Part shown: in pieces, positions 33,297-46,770 of the stretch
Layout: each line of letters begins with the position of its first letter
How positions within the stretch are numbered: the stretch's first letter is position 1
From: the human T2T-CHM13v2.0 reference genome, Homo sapiens
DNA length: 64,000 nt
Assembly: GCF_009914755.1 (NCBI RefSeq)
Contig: NC_060936.1
Strand: one strand, 5' to 3'
Notes under the pieces: generated by a model
The model's input: the letters and a program-made list of their open reading frames with translations, nothing else
The model's database searches: none
What the model was told of the DNA's origin: nothing
Made by a program: the position numbers and the translations under genes

Positions 33297-34552
33297 AATA
33301 GTTTTATTTCTACTAAAATGTCTAGTTCTATCAAATTTTTATTACTGAACAATGTTATAGGCTAATAAAATGCGACTTGCTTGCTTCAAAAAATGAGTGA
33401 ATAAATAAGATAGGTACATGGTCATTTGAGTTGATTGTGGTGCAACCTGGGGAATGGAATAGGAGATAGAGTTGCATTGGTTAGAATTCTTTAACTTAGT
33501 TTTTAAAAGATTCTGCAATATAAGGCTGGAATGTTTAAGACTTTTAAAACAGGATCTCCACAAAATGTAAAACGATTAGTCTATGTCCCTATTTCTTATT
33601 TGTATAAATTCGCCAGTATAATCCAACTCTCTGTATTCCAAATTCCATGCTTTTTTTTCAATAACACTTTGCCCATGTTTAGATTAGATAAGAGAAAAAT
33701 ATTTCTTAATAACTAGTTTTTTGCCCTCCAATCCTGAGAATTTATGAAATTGATGAGGAAACTTTCTGATTAACATTTTTTTAAAGTCTCATCTTAATTA
33801 TGGAAGAGAAGAAAATCTTTCTAATATATATTTTTCATGTAAATTGTCTAGGGTGCCTTCTGGAATCTCCTGTTAACAGAAATTTACATCTTGATTGTAA
33901 CAAACCCTGGAGACTAACCAGAAACTTACATAGAACTCCTTTATTGTTGTCATTAATCATCTTTGTCCTGGGAGAATATTTATACAAATATGTTAAATTA
34001 AAGATGAAGTCATTCTTAGAGTAGCATGTTTGGAACCAGCTCTATTCTGATGGTTTCCACATAGTGTGAGTCCCTCTGGGTGTGTAAACGGATACTTTAT
34101 TTTCACAGTTTAGTGTGTCAGTTAGGGGGAGACCTAAGAGAGATTTGTGCCTTTGAGAAGGTTAATGTGAAGATGAGACCCGCTGGTCTCAAGTATAATT
34201 GGGTATAGGGAAGCTAATTTCTCAAGTATACAAATTAATCTGGCTTTGCCGTAATTAGCTATAGGTTGCTCCAGAGTAATCAGATGATTCCCACTGGTGG
34301 AATGAAACTTTTGTATCCTGCTGTGAATTACCTAAAATAAAGCCCGCATAAAATAACTCATAATTTTAATCAGTCTCATTGGGCCCTATTAAAAAGTGAA
34401 TATAGTAAGGAACAAAATTAAAAATAACCTTAAGAAATTCCTTAGATAAATGATTACAGTGCAGCTCAAGCTTGAGACAGCTTTAAGTGATACATTAAAT
34501 GTTAAAAAATATAGGGTAAGATACTAGCATTTCCTTTATATTTTCATACTTG

Positions 34553-34587
34553 ACACACACACACACACACACACGCACACACACACC
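34553..34587. repeat. (CA)n microsatellite
   Basis: ~17 units with one interruption. Confidence 0.95.
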
Positions 34588-36659
34588 ATAAGATTCTGTT
34601 GGGTGGATGTCAACATTATTAGGTTAATTCCCAAAGAGTCCGTATGTTAAAAGTAACTAATATATCTGCAAACACCATTTTCTTATTCCTTCTATGGAGA
34701 ATTACATCTGCCCTTAACCACAAGTCTCTCTCTCTCCTTTTTTCTAAATCTTTTTGAAGGTGTAATGTATAGCTTCTAGTTTACCACATTTTACATTCTT
34801 GAATAGCTAGAAGTTAGTTTTAAATTGATTTACATTTATTATTCCTTCAGTGAAAGTGCTGTTCTTTAATTATTTGTTAGGTTTAATAGACATAACATAG
34901 AATAAATGGGGAAAAATATCTTCCTAAAACTGTTCCCCTTCTCTGTGGACAAATTTGTGTTATAGGTTCTCTTACTTCTAGAAAAATTAATTGTAAAATG
35001 TAAACGATAATTTACCCAATTCCTTGGCATTTTAAATATTTTTTTAACTCAGTTTGAATTGCAGAATGCAATTTAAACAATTTCTGTTAGGATACTACCA
35101 AGATTTTTTTGAAGAATTCAAAGAAGATATTAGGCAAATAAACATGTTACAATCTTCACTTCGCCTGTGTAAAATACTCTTATTTTTATTTCCTTCAGCT
35201 CACATCAGATGTATAGATACTGTATGCATTTATTGCCTCATGGCTATTGTTTAGTTGATCAGATTGAATAGTTCTGGTTTGAATTATATTCGACACTATG
35301 TGGTATAATGCATTATTATTTAACCAGAGCAGCCACACAACAGAATAATGAAATAATGTTACCATTAATGCCCATTGAACTTTATATGAGATAAATATCA
35401 AATTACATCACAAGCAACTTATCATAGTAATTGAGTATACACAGGATTTGAGGAATAGCTACCAAAAAATATCCTTGTCCAAGTTTTCCCAAAGGCATCT
35501 ATTATACTCAGCATCTTCTAAAAAAGTTTTCCTCTTGTCATGCTAGGGATAACTCCAGGAAAATAATTATGGGAAGGAATTCCCTGACTATAATGAATAA
35601 AATTGGTAAATATGAAAAAAAGATTAAAATGATGAGAATGCTGAACCTGCAACCTACCAAAAACAGTGCAATATTGTCTTTCTACTTATCTATTCAGAAT
35701 AATTAGAAGGAAAACAAGGCAGTTGCTAACTGTTGATAAAAAATAAAATATTTTATACTTCCTAATTGAGGCTAATTTTAGACACCCAATAATTAAGTCA
35801 TGATTCAAATTATTTCTTTTACATTTCCCAGAATCTCGTATCTCACAGAGGTGGGGGTAGTTTTATTAAGTGAGAAATCGTGTTTTAAATTTTAAAGCTA
35901 TCTCTTAAAGTGGGTAGATACTCTTGGTGTCGTTTTTAGTTAAATAAAATAATTTTAGTCTTGATAATAAGTATCAGATGATTATGGGACAGAAATTAAT
36001 TATTCTTAAAGAAGTGTTTAATTATAATTGTCTGAATTATAGAATTCATGCATATAAATAATCCCCCAAAAGACTGGAAACCATATTCTACCTAAAGATA
36101 GGAAATGACAACCAGGTGAGAATAAAAAACCCTGCGATTTAAATTTTAGGTGCTCTCTTAAGTACCTTAAGTGTTTAATACCTTCAAATGCAAAAGATTC
36201 TGTGTTATGTCATAGATGCGTCTTAAATAATCTAACAAATAATTCAAAATGAATACTATCTGTATGCATTCTAAATCAGTAACCAATTAGAATTCACTTA
36301 AATAGCTTCATCAGTGCAGAGTCTTATATTTTTGAAGGCAGTTTATTTCATTTTCAAAAAACTCTGCTTCTTAGAAAATTTTCCTCACATTGAGCAGCGA
36401 GGTACTTTCATGTTGCTTCCTCCCATTGTTTTTTGTTATACTCTATGTATCCTTGAGAATAAATCAAACCTCTTGATACATCTGTTAACCGTGTAATGGC
36501 AATGACTTCAGTCTTCTTGTATAACATTCAACTTTCATAATGACTTCAGTTACATCTTATCTGTCATGGCTGAATATGACAATACTGGCCACCCTTATGA
36601 ATGTACTCTACCATATTATCTGGGCCTTTCAAATGAAGCAATACCTAGAATTTAACACA

Positions 36660-36830
36660 ATATTCATTCATTCATTTATTTTACAAGTACTTATTTAGTA
36701 TGGTTTAGGTCCTTCTTTAAGGATGGGGATATAACCAATAGGCCTTTTGGACTGAACACTGTGGAAATCACTGATGGACATGAGAAAAGCTGATTCTCCT
36801 CTCAAGCAGTTTGTGTTATTGGGGAGAGAG
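36660..36830 (-). mobile_element. L2 3' end fragment
   Basis: (ttca)n tail followed by degenerate L2 terminus. Confidence 0.45.
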
Positions 36831-37086
36831 ATGCCAAGGAGTTATAAATTCTATGGACAAAAATAGAGTTAGACGACAGAAAATGAGTCATATTTGACAT
36901 GTTCTTCATCTGGTATACACACACAACTGAGCAAAGGAAGGAATAATTCTATTTCTTTGTATAAATTTTAAATTGCTTAAACAAATGTAATACTGTTAAT
37001 AAAATTGCATTTGTCACATTATACTGAAAGCTAAAATGTCACAAAGTGTCAGGTTTTTTTTAAAGTTTAAAAATGTTCAGACATGA

Positions 37087-37678
37087 GATCATATGGATAC
37101 ATGGTGGGGAACACCACACACTGGGGTCTGTTGGGAGGGCATGAGGAGGGATAGCATCAGGAAGAATAGCTAATGGATGCTAGGCTTAATACCTAGGTGA
37201 TGGGTTGATCTGTGAAGCAAACCACCATGGCACACGTTTAGCTGTTTTTAATCAGTAACTAAAAATTCTGCCAAACAAATGGGTGACTTGTTTATCTTGT
37301 AATATATGAATACTATTTGTTGAATTAATTTGTATTATTTTTGAATTATTCTTAAAAGATGTATGTATTAATATATGACATGTTTGATTAAATAATAAAA
37401 TTAATAAAATTTATTTTCATTCATGAAATTTGTAGGGGAAATCACAGAACAATGTAGTCATATGAAGATATGTCAAACTAGAAGTATAATCTATAGTAAA
37501 ATTAATCTTTTCTAGAATAATAGAAAGATGGAGAAAAAAACTGTCTCTAGAACTTTAGTTAAAACGTCTTTTGAATTATTATATAGCCATTTTTAGTTAC
37601 TTATTAAAAACTAACAAACCTGCATATCCTGCACATGTACCCTGGGACTTAAAATAAAAGTTGATACCAAAAAAATAA
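37087..37678 (+). mobile_element. Short L1PA 3' end interrupted by a ~370-bp non-L1 insert
   Basis: TSD gttcagacatga at 37075-37086 and 37679-37690; L1 3'UTR at 37087-37243 and 37612-37678. Confidence 0.88.
37244..37611. repeat. Duplicated segment (copy) with 23-bp terminal inverted repeats
   Basis: 37264-37610 aligns with 38318-38662 at roughly 90% by eye; 37244-37266 is the reverse complement of 37589-37611 (22/23). Confidence 0.93.
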
Positions 37679-38317
37679 GTTCAGACATGACATATATTCA
37701 CATACAATCACTATACGTTCTCTCCACCAGATGGCACTGTTAGGTAGCTTTTCATGGGCATGTCACTATCCTACACTTATGGGGATATAAGCTGCCTCTG
37801 AATTTCTTTGAATAGTAGGGTGTATCATTATATAGCAATTTCCTTCTTATAAGGCATTTATTTGGCAATTAGTAACTTAAATTGATTGTATTTTAAAAAT
37901 TGAAAACGTATAATTTGGTGAAAAATGTGTCAGTGTACAAAATTCTATTTTGGGTAATCATTATTGTTACTAGATTAATCAATATTGCCAGATCAATCAA
38001 TAAATAATAACAGATATTTGACACCTACTTTTAGGTGATGAAAACTGTATGCAGAAACTGAGAAGACATTATTTTTTGAATCTTTTTAAAGCAGTATTTT
38101 AAATTTTCAAAAATTAAAACATAATCACACTGCATGTATTACCACCCTAAAAATGGTATGGACGCTAATCATATGTTTTGGTTTGTGTATTTGGAAAATT
38201 TTTCTTCAGTTCAGGAAATCATATCACAAAGAGAACTTTTGCATTATATGATTTTTCCAGCCCTTTCCTTCTGTGGAAAATAGAAAAACCTCATAAAATA
38301 AAGTTAAAATCAGTAGG

Positions 38318-38662
38318 AATTCTGCCAAACAAATGAATGACTTGTTTATCTTGTAATATATGAATACTATTTGTTGAACTAATTTGCATTATTTTTGAAT
38401 TATTCTTAAAGGGTGTATCTATTGATATATTAGATATGTTTGATTAAATAATAAAATTAATAAAATTTATTTTATTCATGAAATTTGTAGGGGAAATTAC
38501 AGAACAATATAATCATATGAAGATTTATCAAACGAGAAGAATAATCTATAGTAATAATTAATCTTTTCTAGAATAATGGAGTAAAAAAACCAATTCTCTA
38601 GAACTTTAGTTAAAATGGCTTTTGAATTATTATATAGCCATTTTTTAGTTACTGATTAAAAA
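38318..38662. repeat. Duplicated segment (probable donor)
   Basis: Direct repeat of 37264-37610. Confidence 0.93.
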
Positions 38663-39200
38663 ATCCTTAACTCAGAGTGATGTAAGCAAATGATAAAACA
38701 GTAGGAGGAAGTTATTATCTCATGTCACAGAAAATTCCAGTGCATAACTAAAGCTGGGTTCACAGGCTTCTATGACATCATGACTCAAAACTTACACAGT
38801 TCTAGGTAGTATTTTCTTCCTATTGATACTACTGCAGAGTTACTCTCTTTGGTTGTGCTGCAGCCTCAGAAGATCCACAGTTATATCCTCTCAGGTTCAA
38901 ATCTAATGGAAAAGATAGCACTTCTATTTTCTTAAGTGAAAATTCAACTTCGTTTAAGTGGACCTGAGTCATGTATCAGACTTTGAGCCAATCTCTTCCG
39001 TGAGACCTTGGTCACATGCCTACCCCCATGTTCTCTGCTGCTAACATGTAGTTGGAGAATTGGCAAGGTGTGTTTCTTTAGTGAGAAACAAGGTGAAGGG
39101 AGAATGACTGCTAAGGAGTCGAAGATTCAAAAAGTGCCTCTCACATTAGGAGTAATAAGAATGTAGAAACAAAAGCAGAGTAAACATAAATAGAATACAT

Positions 39201-39387
39201 TTCTTCCTTCTCCTTCTCCTTCTCCTTCTTCTTTTTGAGACAGTCTCACTCTGTTACCCAGGCTAAAGTGCAGTAGCGTGACCATAGCGCACTGCAACCT
39301 GGAACCTCCTGGGCTCAAGTCAAGCAATCCTCCAACCTCAGGCTCCCAAAGTGCTGGAATTATAAGCATGAGCCACTATGACTGGGT
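39201..39387 (-). mobile_element. Alu monomer (FRAM/FLAM-like) with (TTCTCC)n tail
   Basis: Single ~155-bp arm; degenerate TSD gaatacatttctt / gaataaatgtctt. Confidence 0.8.
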
Positions 39388-39584
39388 GAATAAATGTCTT
39401 TATTATAAATCAGGTTAGATGGGTGTCAAGCAAATGTACTGATTTAGTATTTTATATATTTCTAATTTTCTATCAAATTTCTGTAACTCAAAATGCATAT
39501 CGATTAGTTGATTTTAGGATTGGGGTGGGGTTAGGTACAATAATACCATGTGACTGAATTAATATTCCATGTCTGTGTTTTTTA

Positions 39585-40907
39585 AAATACATTTATTTTA
39601 AGTTCAAGGGTACATGTGCAGGTTTGTTACATAGGTAAACGTGTGTCATGGGGGGTTTGTTGTACAGATTTCTTATTGCTCAGGTATTAAGCCTAGTATC
39701 CATTAGTTATTTTGTCTGATCCTCTCCCTCCTCCTACCCTCTACCCTCAGATAGATCCTAGTGTATATTTTTCCCCTCTATGTGTCCATTTGTTCTCATT
39801 ATTTAGATCCCACTTATAAGTGAGAAGATGTGGTTTTTGGTTTTCTGTTTCTGCATTAGTTTGCTAAGGATAATGGCATCCAGCTCCATCCATGTCACTG
39901 CAAAGGACATGATGTTGTTCTTTTTTATGGTTGCATAGTATTCCAAGGCATATATGTACTGTATTTTCTTCATCCAGTCTATCACTGATGGGTATTTAGG
40001 TCGATTCCATGTCTTTGCTATTGTGAATAGTGCTGCAATGAACACACACATGCATGTGTCTTTATAATAGAATGATTTATATTCCTTTGGGTATATGCCC
40101 AGTAATGGAATTGCAGGATTGAGTGGTATTTCTGTCTTTAGGTCTTTGAGGAATCACCACAATGTCTTCCACAATGGTTGAACTAATTTACACTCTCACA
40201 AACACTGAGAGTGTAAAAGCATTCCTTTTTCTCCACAACCTCCCCAGCAACTGTTATTTTTTTAACTCTTTAATAATCGCCATTCTGAGTGATATGAGAT
40301 GGTATTTCATTGTGGTTTTGATTTGCATTTCTCTAGTGATCAGTGGTGTTTAGCTTTTCTTCTATGATTATGGGCTACATGTATGTCTTCTTTTGAGAAG
40401 TGTCTGTTCATGTCCTTTGCCCACTTTTTAATAGGGTTGTTCGTTTTTTTTTCTTATAAATTTGTTTAAGTTCTCACAGATGCTGGATATTAGACCTTTT
40501 TCAGATGCATATTTTGAAAAGTTTTCTCCAATTCTGTAGGTTGTCTGTTTACTCTGTTGAGTTTCTTTTACTGTGCAGAAGCTCTTTCGTTTATTTAGAT
40601 CCCATTTGTCAATTTTTTCTTTTGTTGCAATTGCTTTTGTCATCTTTGTCATGAAATGTTTGCCCGTGCTTAAGTCCTGAATGGTATTGCCTAGGTTGTC
40701 TTCCAAGGTTTTTATAGTTTTGGGTTTTACATTTAAGTCTTTAATCCATCTTGAGTTAATTTTTATATATGGCTTAAGGAAGGGGTCCAGTTTCAATCTT
40801 CTGCATAGGGCTAGCCAGTTATCCCTGCACCATTTATTGAACAGGGAATCTTTTCCCCATTGCTTCTTTTTGTTCATTTTGTGAAAGATCAGATGATTGT
40901 AGGTGTA
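39585..40907 (-). mobile_element. 5'-truncated older L1PA (~1.3 kb)
   Basis: ORF2 C-terminal fragments ([23 protein letters not shown]) and 3'UTR. Confidence 0.9.
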
Positions 40908-42428
40908 ATATTGCTCTTTTAATTCCCCCTTTTAATGCTTTGTCTCTGTCAATTTTATAACCTTCAGATATCTATTAGTTATTAAAATTGAGAGAATTTA
41001 AAAATTTTCAATCTCATTTAATTCAAAACTCAGGCAATGCCAAATGTTTTTAGACCTTATATTCTCCTGTGAATTGATATGTCATGAATGAGGGAGAGAA
41101 AAGGGCACATTTCTTTACTGAGTGAGTCCCAGACAGTGATAATATGTAGTTAACAATGCAGTTCTGTCAATATGATTGCATGTTATTCCACAAAAGCTAT
41201 TAGGTTTCCCAATGATAATATGCATCATTTTCTTGCAGCACTGTTAAGTCTACCTTACTTCAGTGTTGAGAACCTCTTCAGAAAGGGGCCAGCTATATTG
41301 CCGTTGCTCCCCTTGTAGTCTATACCCAAAGCCTCTTCTCCTATTTCCTTCACAAGATTAAATTTTAGTGGTTATTTATGGAACCTGACATAATAATGGA
41401 CACACTGTTTTTCTTAACTCATGTGTATCGTTTTCCCACTTCCAAGCTTCTTTCAAATAAATTAATTGCACTTGTATTAGAGTTTGACTCTAGAGTATCA
41501 ACACTAAGATAAAATCAAAAAACTTTCAGGTTGACAAAATGTCTCTGAACATTTACATTTTTGTCAACTTCTCTAAAGTTGCCATAAGAAACCAACAGTT
41601 TTTTAAAGTTCTTTGTTTTAGTGTCTTATAGAAGACTTGCTTTTTATTATTCAAAGAGACAAAAACAATATATATTAGCTAGAATATATACACAGTGACA
41701 AAAGAAAATTATATTTAAATCAATACATTTAAACAGGGTTTACAATAGGTGTAATAAGATTGTATATCTCAAAGGCAGACATTTCCCTAAGTCTTTACTC
41801 ACATGAAAAACAAATAAACAAACCAACAAAAAACAGGTGGATAAGAGCAAAGGAAAACTCATGTTTCAGATAAAGAATTCAGGTCTCTCACTGGATTTAC
41901 AAACTAAATATTTAAAGTTCTTTCATGGTGTACACCACTCATTAGTATTTATTAACAGTTGGTTATTTAATATGTATGACCTTAAGATGTACAGAGAGCA
42001 CACTAATTAAAGGAGCATACTCCACTTAAGAACTTAAATTCTAATAGACTATATTTGATACTAAAATAGTATTACTTCCTGTTTATTTCATTTTTTGTTT
42101 TATACTCATAAAGGATATTTCATTTTCCTCAGGAAAATGGCATGAAACATACTGGACTTAATGCTATTACCACTGGAGAAGGAGAAAATGGTAGCTTGAC
42201 ACATGAGATGTCCTGTAAATACTGTTGAATGAATGAATGATTAACAATTGAATGAATCTACTGTGTAGTTTCCTTTTACTTACAGACATTGAAAAATGTG
42301 TGACAAATCCAAATGTTTTTTGGTAGCTAGGCTATAAATGCTTTAATAAAAGAATATGTTGGTAGAAGAATCATAAAATCGGGTAACCTCTCTGTACAGT
42401 AGCATAGGTTTCAGCTACTATGACTGGT

Positions 42429-43384
42429 TTAGGCCGTTTGTCTAAGAGAGTTCCTTTGGGTTATCCTTTGAAAGGCTTCCTTTACTTCCTTGTTCCTCAA
42501 GGTATAGATAACAGGATTCAAAGCAGGTGTGACCATTGTGTACATGAGTGCAGTTGCTTTGTCTGTTTCTGGAGTGTGTGCAGTCTTAGGTTGCAGATAA
42601 GTGAACAAGGCAGTGCCATAGAACAGAGAAACAAAGATATGAGAAGAACAAGTGGAGAAAGCTTTGTGTCTTCCAGCTGCTGAAGGGATTCTCAAGATGG
42701 TCACAGGGATGTGCATGTGGGAGCACAGAATGAGGAAACAAGGACTCACAATAAATAGCACGGAGAGAGAAAACATCACAATTTCAATTTGGGAGGTATC
42801 AATACAAGCCAGTTTCAGTACAGGCATTATGTCACAAAAAAGTGTTGAATCTTTCCTGTTCCACAGAAAGGCAAAGTGAAGATCAGGGTGATCTGGGCTG
42901 ACTCCACCACCACTCCAGTGAACCAAGATGCTGCAGCCAATTTCAAACAAACACGAGGGCCCATGAAGAGAGTGTAATGCAGTGGGTAACAAATAGCTAC
43001 AAAGCGATCGTAAGCCATAGCTGCTAGCAAGCAGCATTCTGTCAGTCCCAAGATGGCAAATATGTACATCTGGGTTGCACAGCCACCCACACTTATGGTT
43101 TTGGTCTCCACCAGCAGGTGCACCAGCATGAGGCACCACACTGGTGGTATAGCACATCTCCAGAAATGAGAGGTTCACCAGGAAGAAATACATTGGAGTG
43201 TGCAGGGCAGGGGTGATCCAGATCAGGGAGATGATGATGATATTTCCTCCTATAGTGCATAAGTGATGATTAAGAACACAATGAAGAGTACAAGCTGTAA
43301 TTCTTCTATAGAAGAAAAAGCCACAAATGTGAATTTGGCACACAGGGACTGATTTCCATCTATGGTGGGCTCAGAGCTAAACAT
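42429..43384 (-). pseudogene. OR10U1P: Olfactory receptor pseudogene, OR10-family; symbol tentative
   Basis: Motifs GNQS, LHTPMYFFL, MAYDRFVAICYPLHY, FCD, KAFSTCSSH, PALNPVIYTLRNKEVK. Frameshifts: -1 (~43265), -2 (~43133), -1 (~42840). The acceptor tctgcacag abuts the ATG. Symbol comes from remembered gene order only. Confidence 0.92.
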
Positions 43385-44941
43385 CTGTGCAGACAACAAA
43401 GAAGGCAGGTTAATGGGAATGCAGTCACCTAACACATCTCTCTACTGAACCACAGCAAAGGAGCTTTCCTAGAATCAGTAGTCTGAGATGAGAATCTAGA
43501 CACCTGGATTTCTTCTGTTAAATCTTTCTAAACTACACAATTACATTGAATACATATTTCTTCCTGATTTTAAGTTATGGATTATATGCAATTTTCACAA
43601 ACATTTGGAAAAAAAATGGTTTTTAAGTTGCATATTCTGAATTTTTTGTTTTCGTCTTATCACTAATTATATACAGAAGCTATTATGCAAGCAATATATG
43701 AAGACTTATAATTTTAAAGGAGTCACATAAAAATTAATAGATTCAGATGTAAAGGTGTTATACTCTGGTCTTCCAAATTCTATAACATTCCTTAAAGCTA
43801 CACTTAAGGGCTTAAAAGGGAATATATTTCCAGCTGTTTATCTATGTATTTATGTACATATTTTACTTGATCTGAACAGAATAAGCAAATAATTACAAAG
43901 CTAGGATCCAAGAAAGCCAAAATCGACAGAATCTCCTTTCTACAACCTCAGTGTAAATTTGCAAGAAATTACAAATAGGAGAACATACCTAGGACCACAA
44001 GGTAAGCTTTCTTTTCCTTTTTGGGCTCCTAGACTTCCTATGGCTCTAAATTATAGCACAGTGATAGAATAGGCAGTATTTTTATTTCTACTAGAGACCA
44101 TAGGGAATACATCCACTGTGCAGCTTAATTATATTTGTCTCAAGAGGAGTATATTAAAAACAATGAGTGTTTAATGTGCAAGTTGGTTTTCAGTTGTTAA
44201 AGACATTTCCAGAGATACCTATTGCTGTCAGTTATATCACCTGTTCCAATGCATAAAACTAAAAGTTGCTAATTGGAACCCATCATACAACTGAAATTAT
44301 TATTAAACTCTATGGATGTTTGCCATAGTAATCCTTTTTAAGCTCCTCAAATGGACAGTGACTAATTAGGCCTTTGTAATATTGGTAGGCACAGTGCAGG
44401 GAACATAGTAGCCTCCATAAACCCCCAAAATAGCATTCACTTTATTCATTATTTATTATTCAATTGCTAGCAGCATTAAAAAAATAGGCACGGGAAGAAA
44501 ACCCCAAATTTCCAATGGAATTAATTAAAGTAATTGGTCAAAAACATTAAAAAATGTATTTTTCTTCTACTGTCTTCAAGAAATGAAAATATTTTTCATT
44601 CTGAATGATCCCCATTGCTTCATTCCAGACACATTTTCTTTTCACTGTCAGGTCAATATGGTAAATTCATTGGGACAGAGAGTAAGGCAAGTAAAAGAGG
44701 TTACAAGATCGATCAGTTTTGAAACTAATGCGTTAGATGGGACTGCTATTCTCGCCTCCCACGATTCCCATGCCAAACCAAAAGGCAGGAGTTTTAGACA
44801 TTGTCTCTCCCTCCTAAAAAAATATGTATGCTTTTTTTGTGCCACTCATGCTGCCTCAGAGATGAAAGCCATGTGTTTTGGGGAGTGCTCTTCCATCAGT
44901 GTGGAGGTACTGCCAGAATGAATATACCACATTGAGAATGT

Positions 44942-44996
44942 TTAGGTTGGTGCAAAATTAATTGCGGGTTTTTGCCATTACTTTGCATCAACCTAA
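44942..44996. mobile_element. MADE1 MITE with internal deletion
   Basis: ttaggttggtgcaaaa...tttgcatcaacctaa; 55 bp instead of ~80. Confidence 0.88.
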
Positions 44997-45889
44997 TATT
45001 TAAGAAAACGCATTCTATTTGATGGTATAGCATCCCTGAAATACTGCAGCAGAAGGTCACATCATGCATAATCAGTGATATTTTGCCAAATCTCCCCACC
45101 AGGGTCTGGGAGTAAGAGTAAGTACATAGCTGTATTTCTTTGATATGTTTTTGCCACAAAATACTTACAAAACAAAAACAGCTGCTAATTTCTCCACATT
45201 AATTCCCACCTGGACTCTGTGTTGTGTTTATTTCTCAATCTGATTCTGAAATTAGAGGAATTTTTTTTAAATATGGATACATGATTGGATGTGGGGTATT
45301 TAAGTGAGAAAAGTAAAAAGTCCTGTCCTGCTGCCTCAGATCTGCTTTTATCCTGAGTAAGTGGGTAAGAGGAAACAATGTTTGGTGAGATCATGGCCAG
45401 ATTAGTATATGCACTACTGATAATAACAACAACATATAGACTCCAGATTCCATCATGCTATCTATCGCACATCCTCCTAGAGTCCAGGAGTTTTTCAATG
45501 GTCCTGGAAAAAGTACTTGAGATGAAAGGGTGGATCTTATCTATGTGGTATTTTTGAAGGAAAGAAAAGAGAGTATTTAGGAAGGGAGTGATCAACTGCA
45601 CCAAATATTTCTGAGATGGGGTGAAAAAATAGCTTTTAATTATCTGTTGACTTTTAGCTCCACACAGGCTATTGATGACTTCAGAAAAAAATAATTTGGA
45701 AAGAGAAGTAAGAACATGAACCAGAGTGAAGTTGTTTTTGAGGAAATAGAATTTTAAAAATGAAAAAAACCAGTAGGAGCAATACATTCTAGAAATTTGG
45801 CCATGAAGGGCAGGAGGAAGACAGGGTAATAACTGGAGAAAATGAAAGGACAGGACACAATGACTTATTGTGATTCACTACGTTTTTAA

Positions 45890-46234
<345 letters not shown>

Positions 46235-46549
46235 TAATAGCTGGTGTGAAGGAGCCATCTAACACACAGCTTTTCTTTCCCGCATTTTGAAAATAAAACA
46301 GTACAACTTTAATTTCAGTTTTTGATTTTTGAATTGAAAGTGTAATTTAAAACTATGAGTATCTCATGGTAGAACAATTACAAATAAACATGTTTATAAT
46401 ATTAAGTCCTTGGGCTTACACTGTTTGATATGAGATGAGGATTCATTGTAATGTCATTCCAAAACATGTTTTATGAGAGTTAATTTATCCATCACTTGTA
46501 ACAGTATGAAGATCATCTTTGTCAATAGAAATAATATGATCAACATAGC

Positions 46550-46770
46550 AGCTAATAGTTTTAGTGTTTACCATTTGTTAGATACATGTTTCACTACATA
46601 GATATATGTATATGTATCTCCTCATTTAATTTTTATAACAATTTTCTGAAAGAGTTATTGTTATCTCCATTATAAAGACCAGGAAACTTAAATATAGTCA
46701 TTATGTAATTTCCCGAAGTATTATAGGTACAAAAGAGTAGAGTTGGGTTCTGAAGTCAGTTAATACCAGC
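46550..46770 (-). mobile_element. MIR remnant
   Basis: ctcatttaat...ttatctccattataaagaccaggaaact resembles the MIR core. Confidence 0.5.

Noticed and set aside
38665-39110. Possible MLT1 LTR (and an MLT-internal fragment at ~46900-47180)
   Set aside because: Too degenerate to delimit by eye; needs RepeatMasker.
42429-43343. 304-aa ORF as an intact olfactory receptor
   Set aside because: GTG start, out-of-frame N-terminus and middle; MAYDRF lies in another frame.
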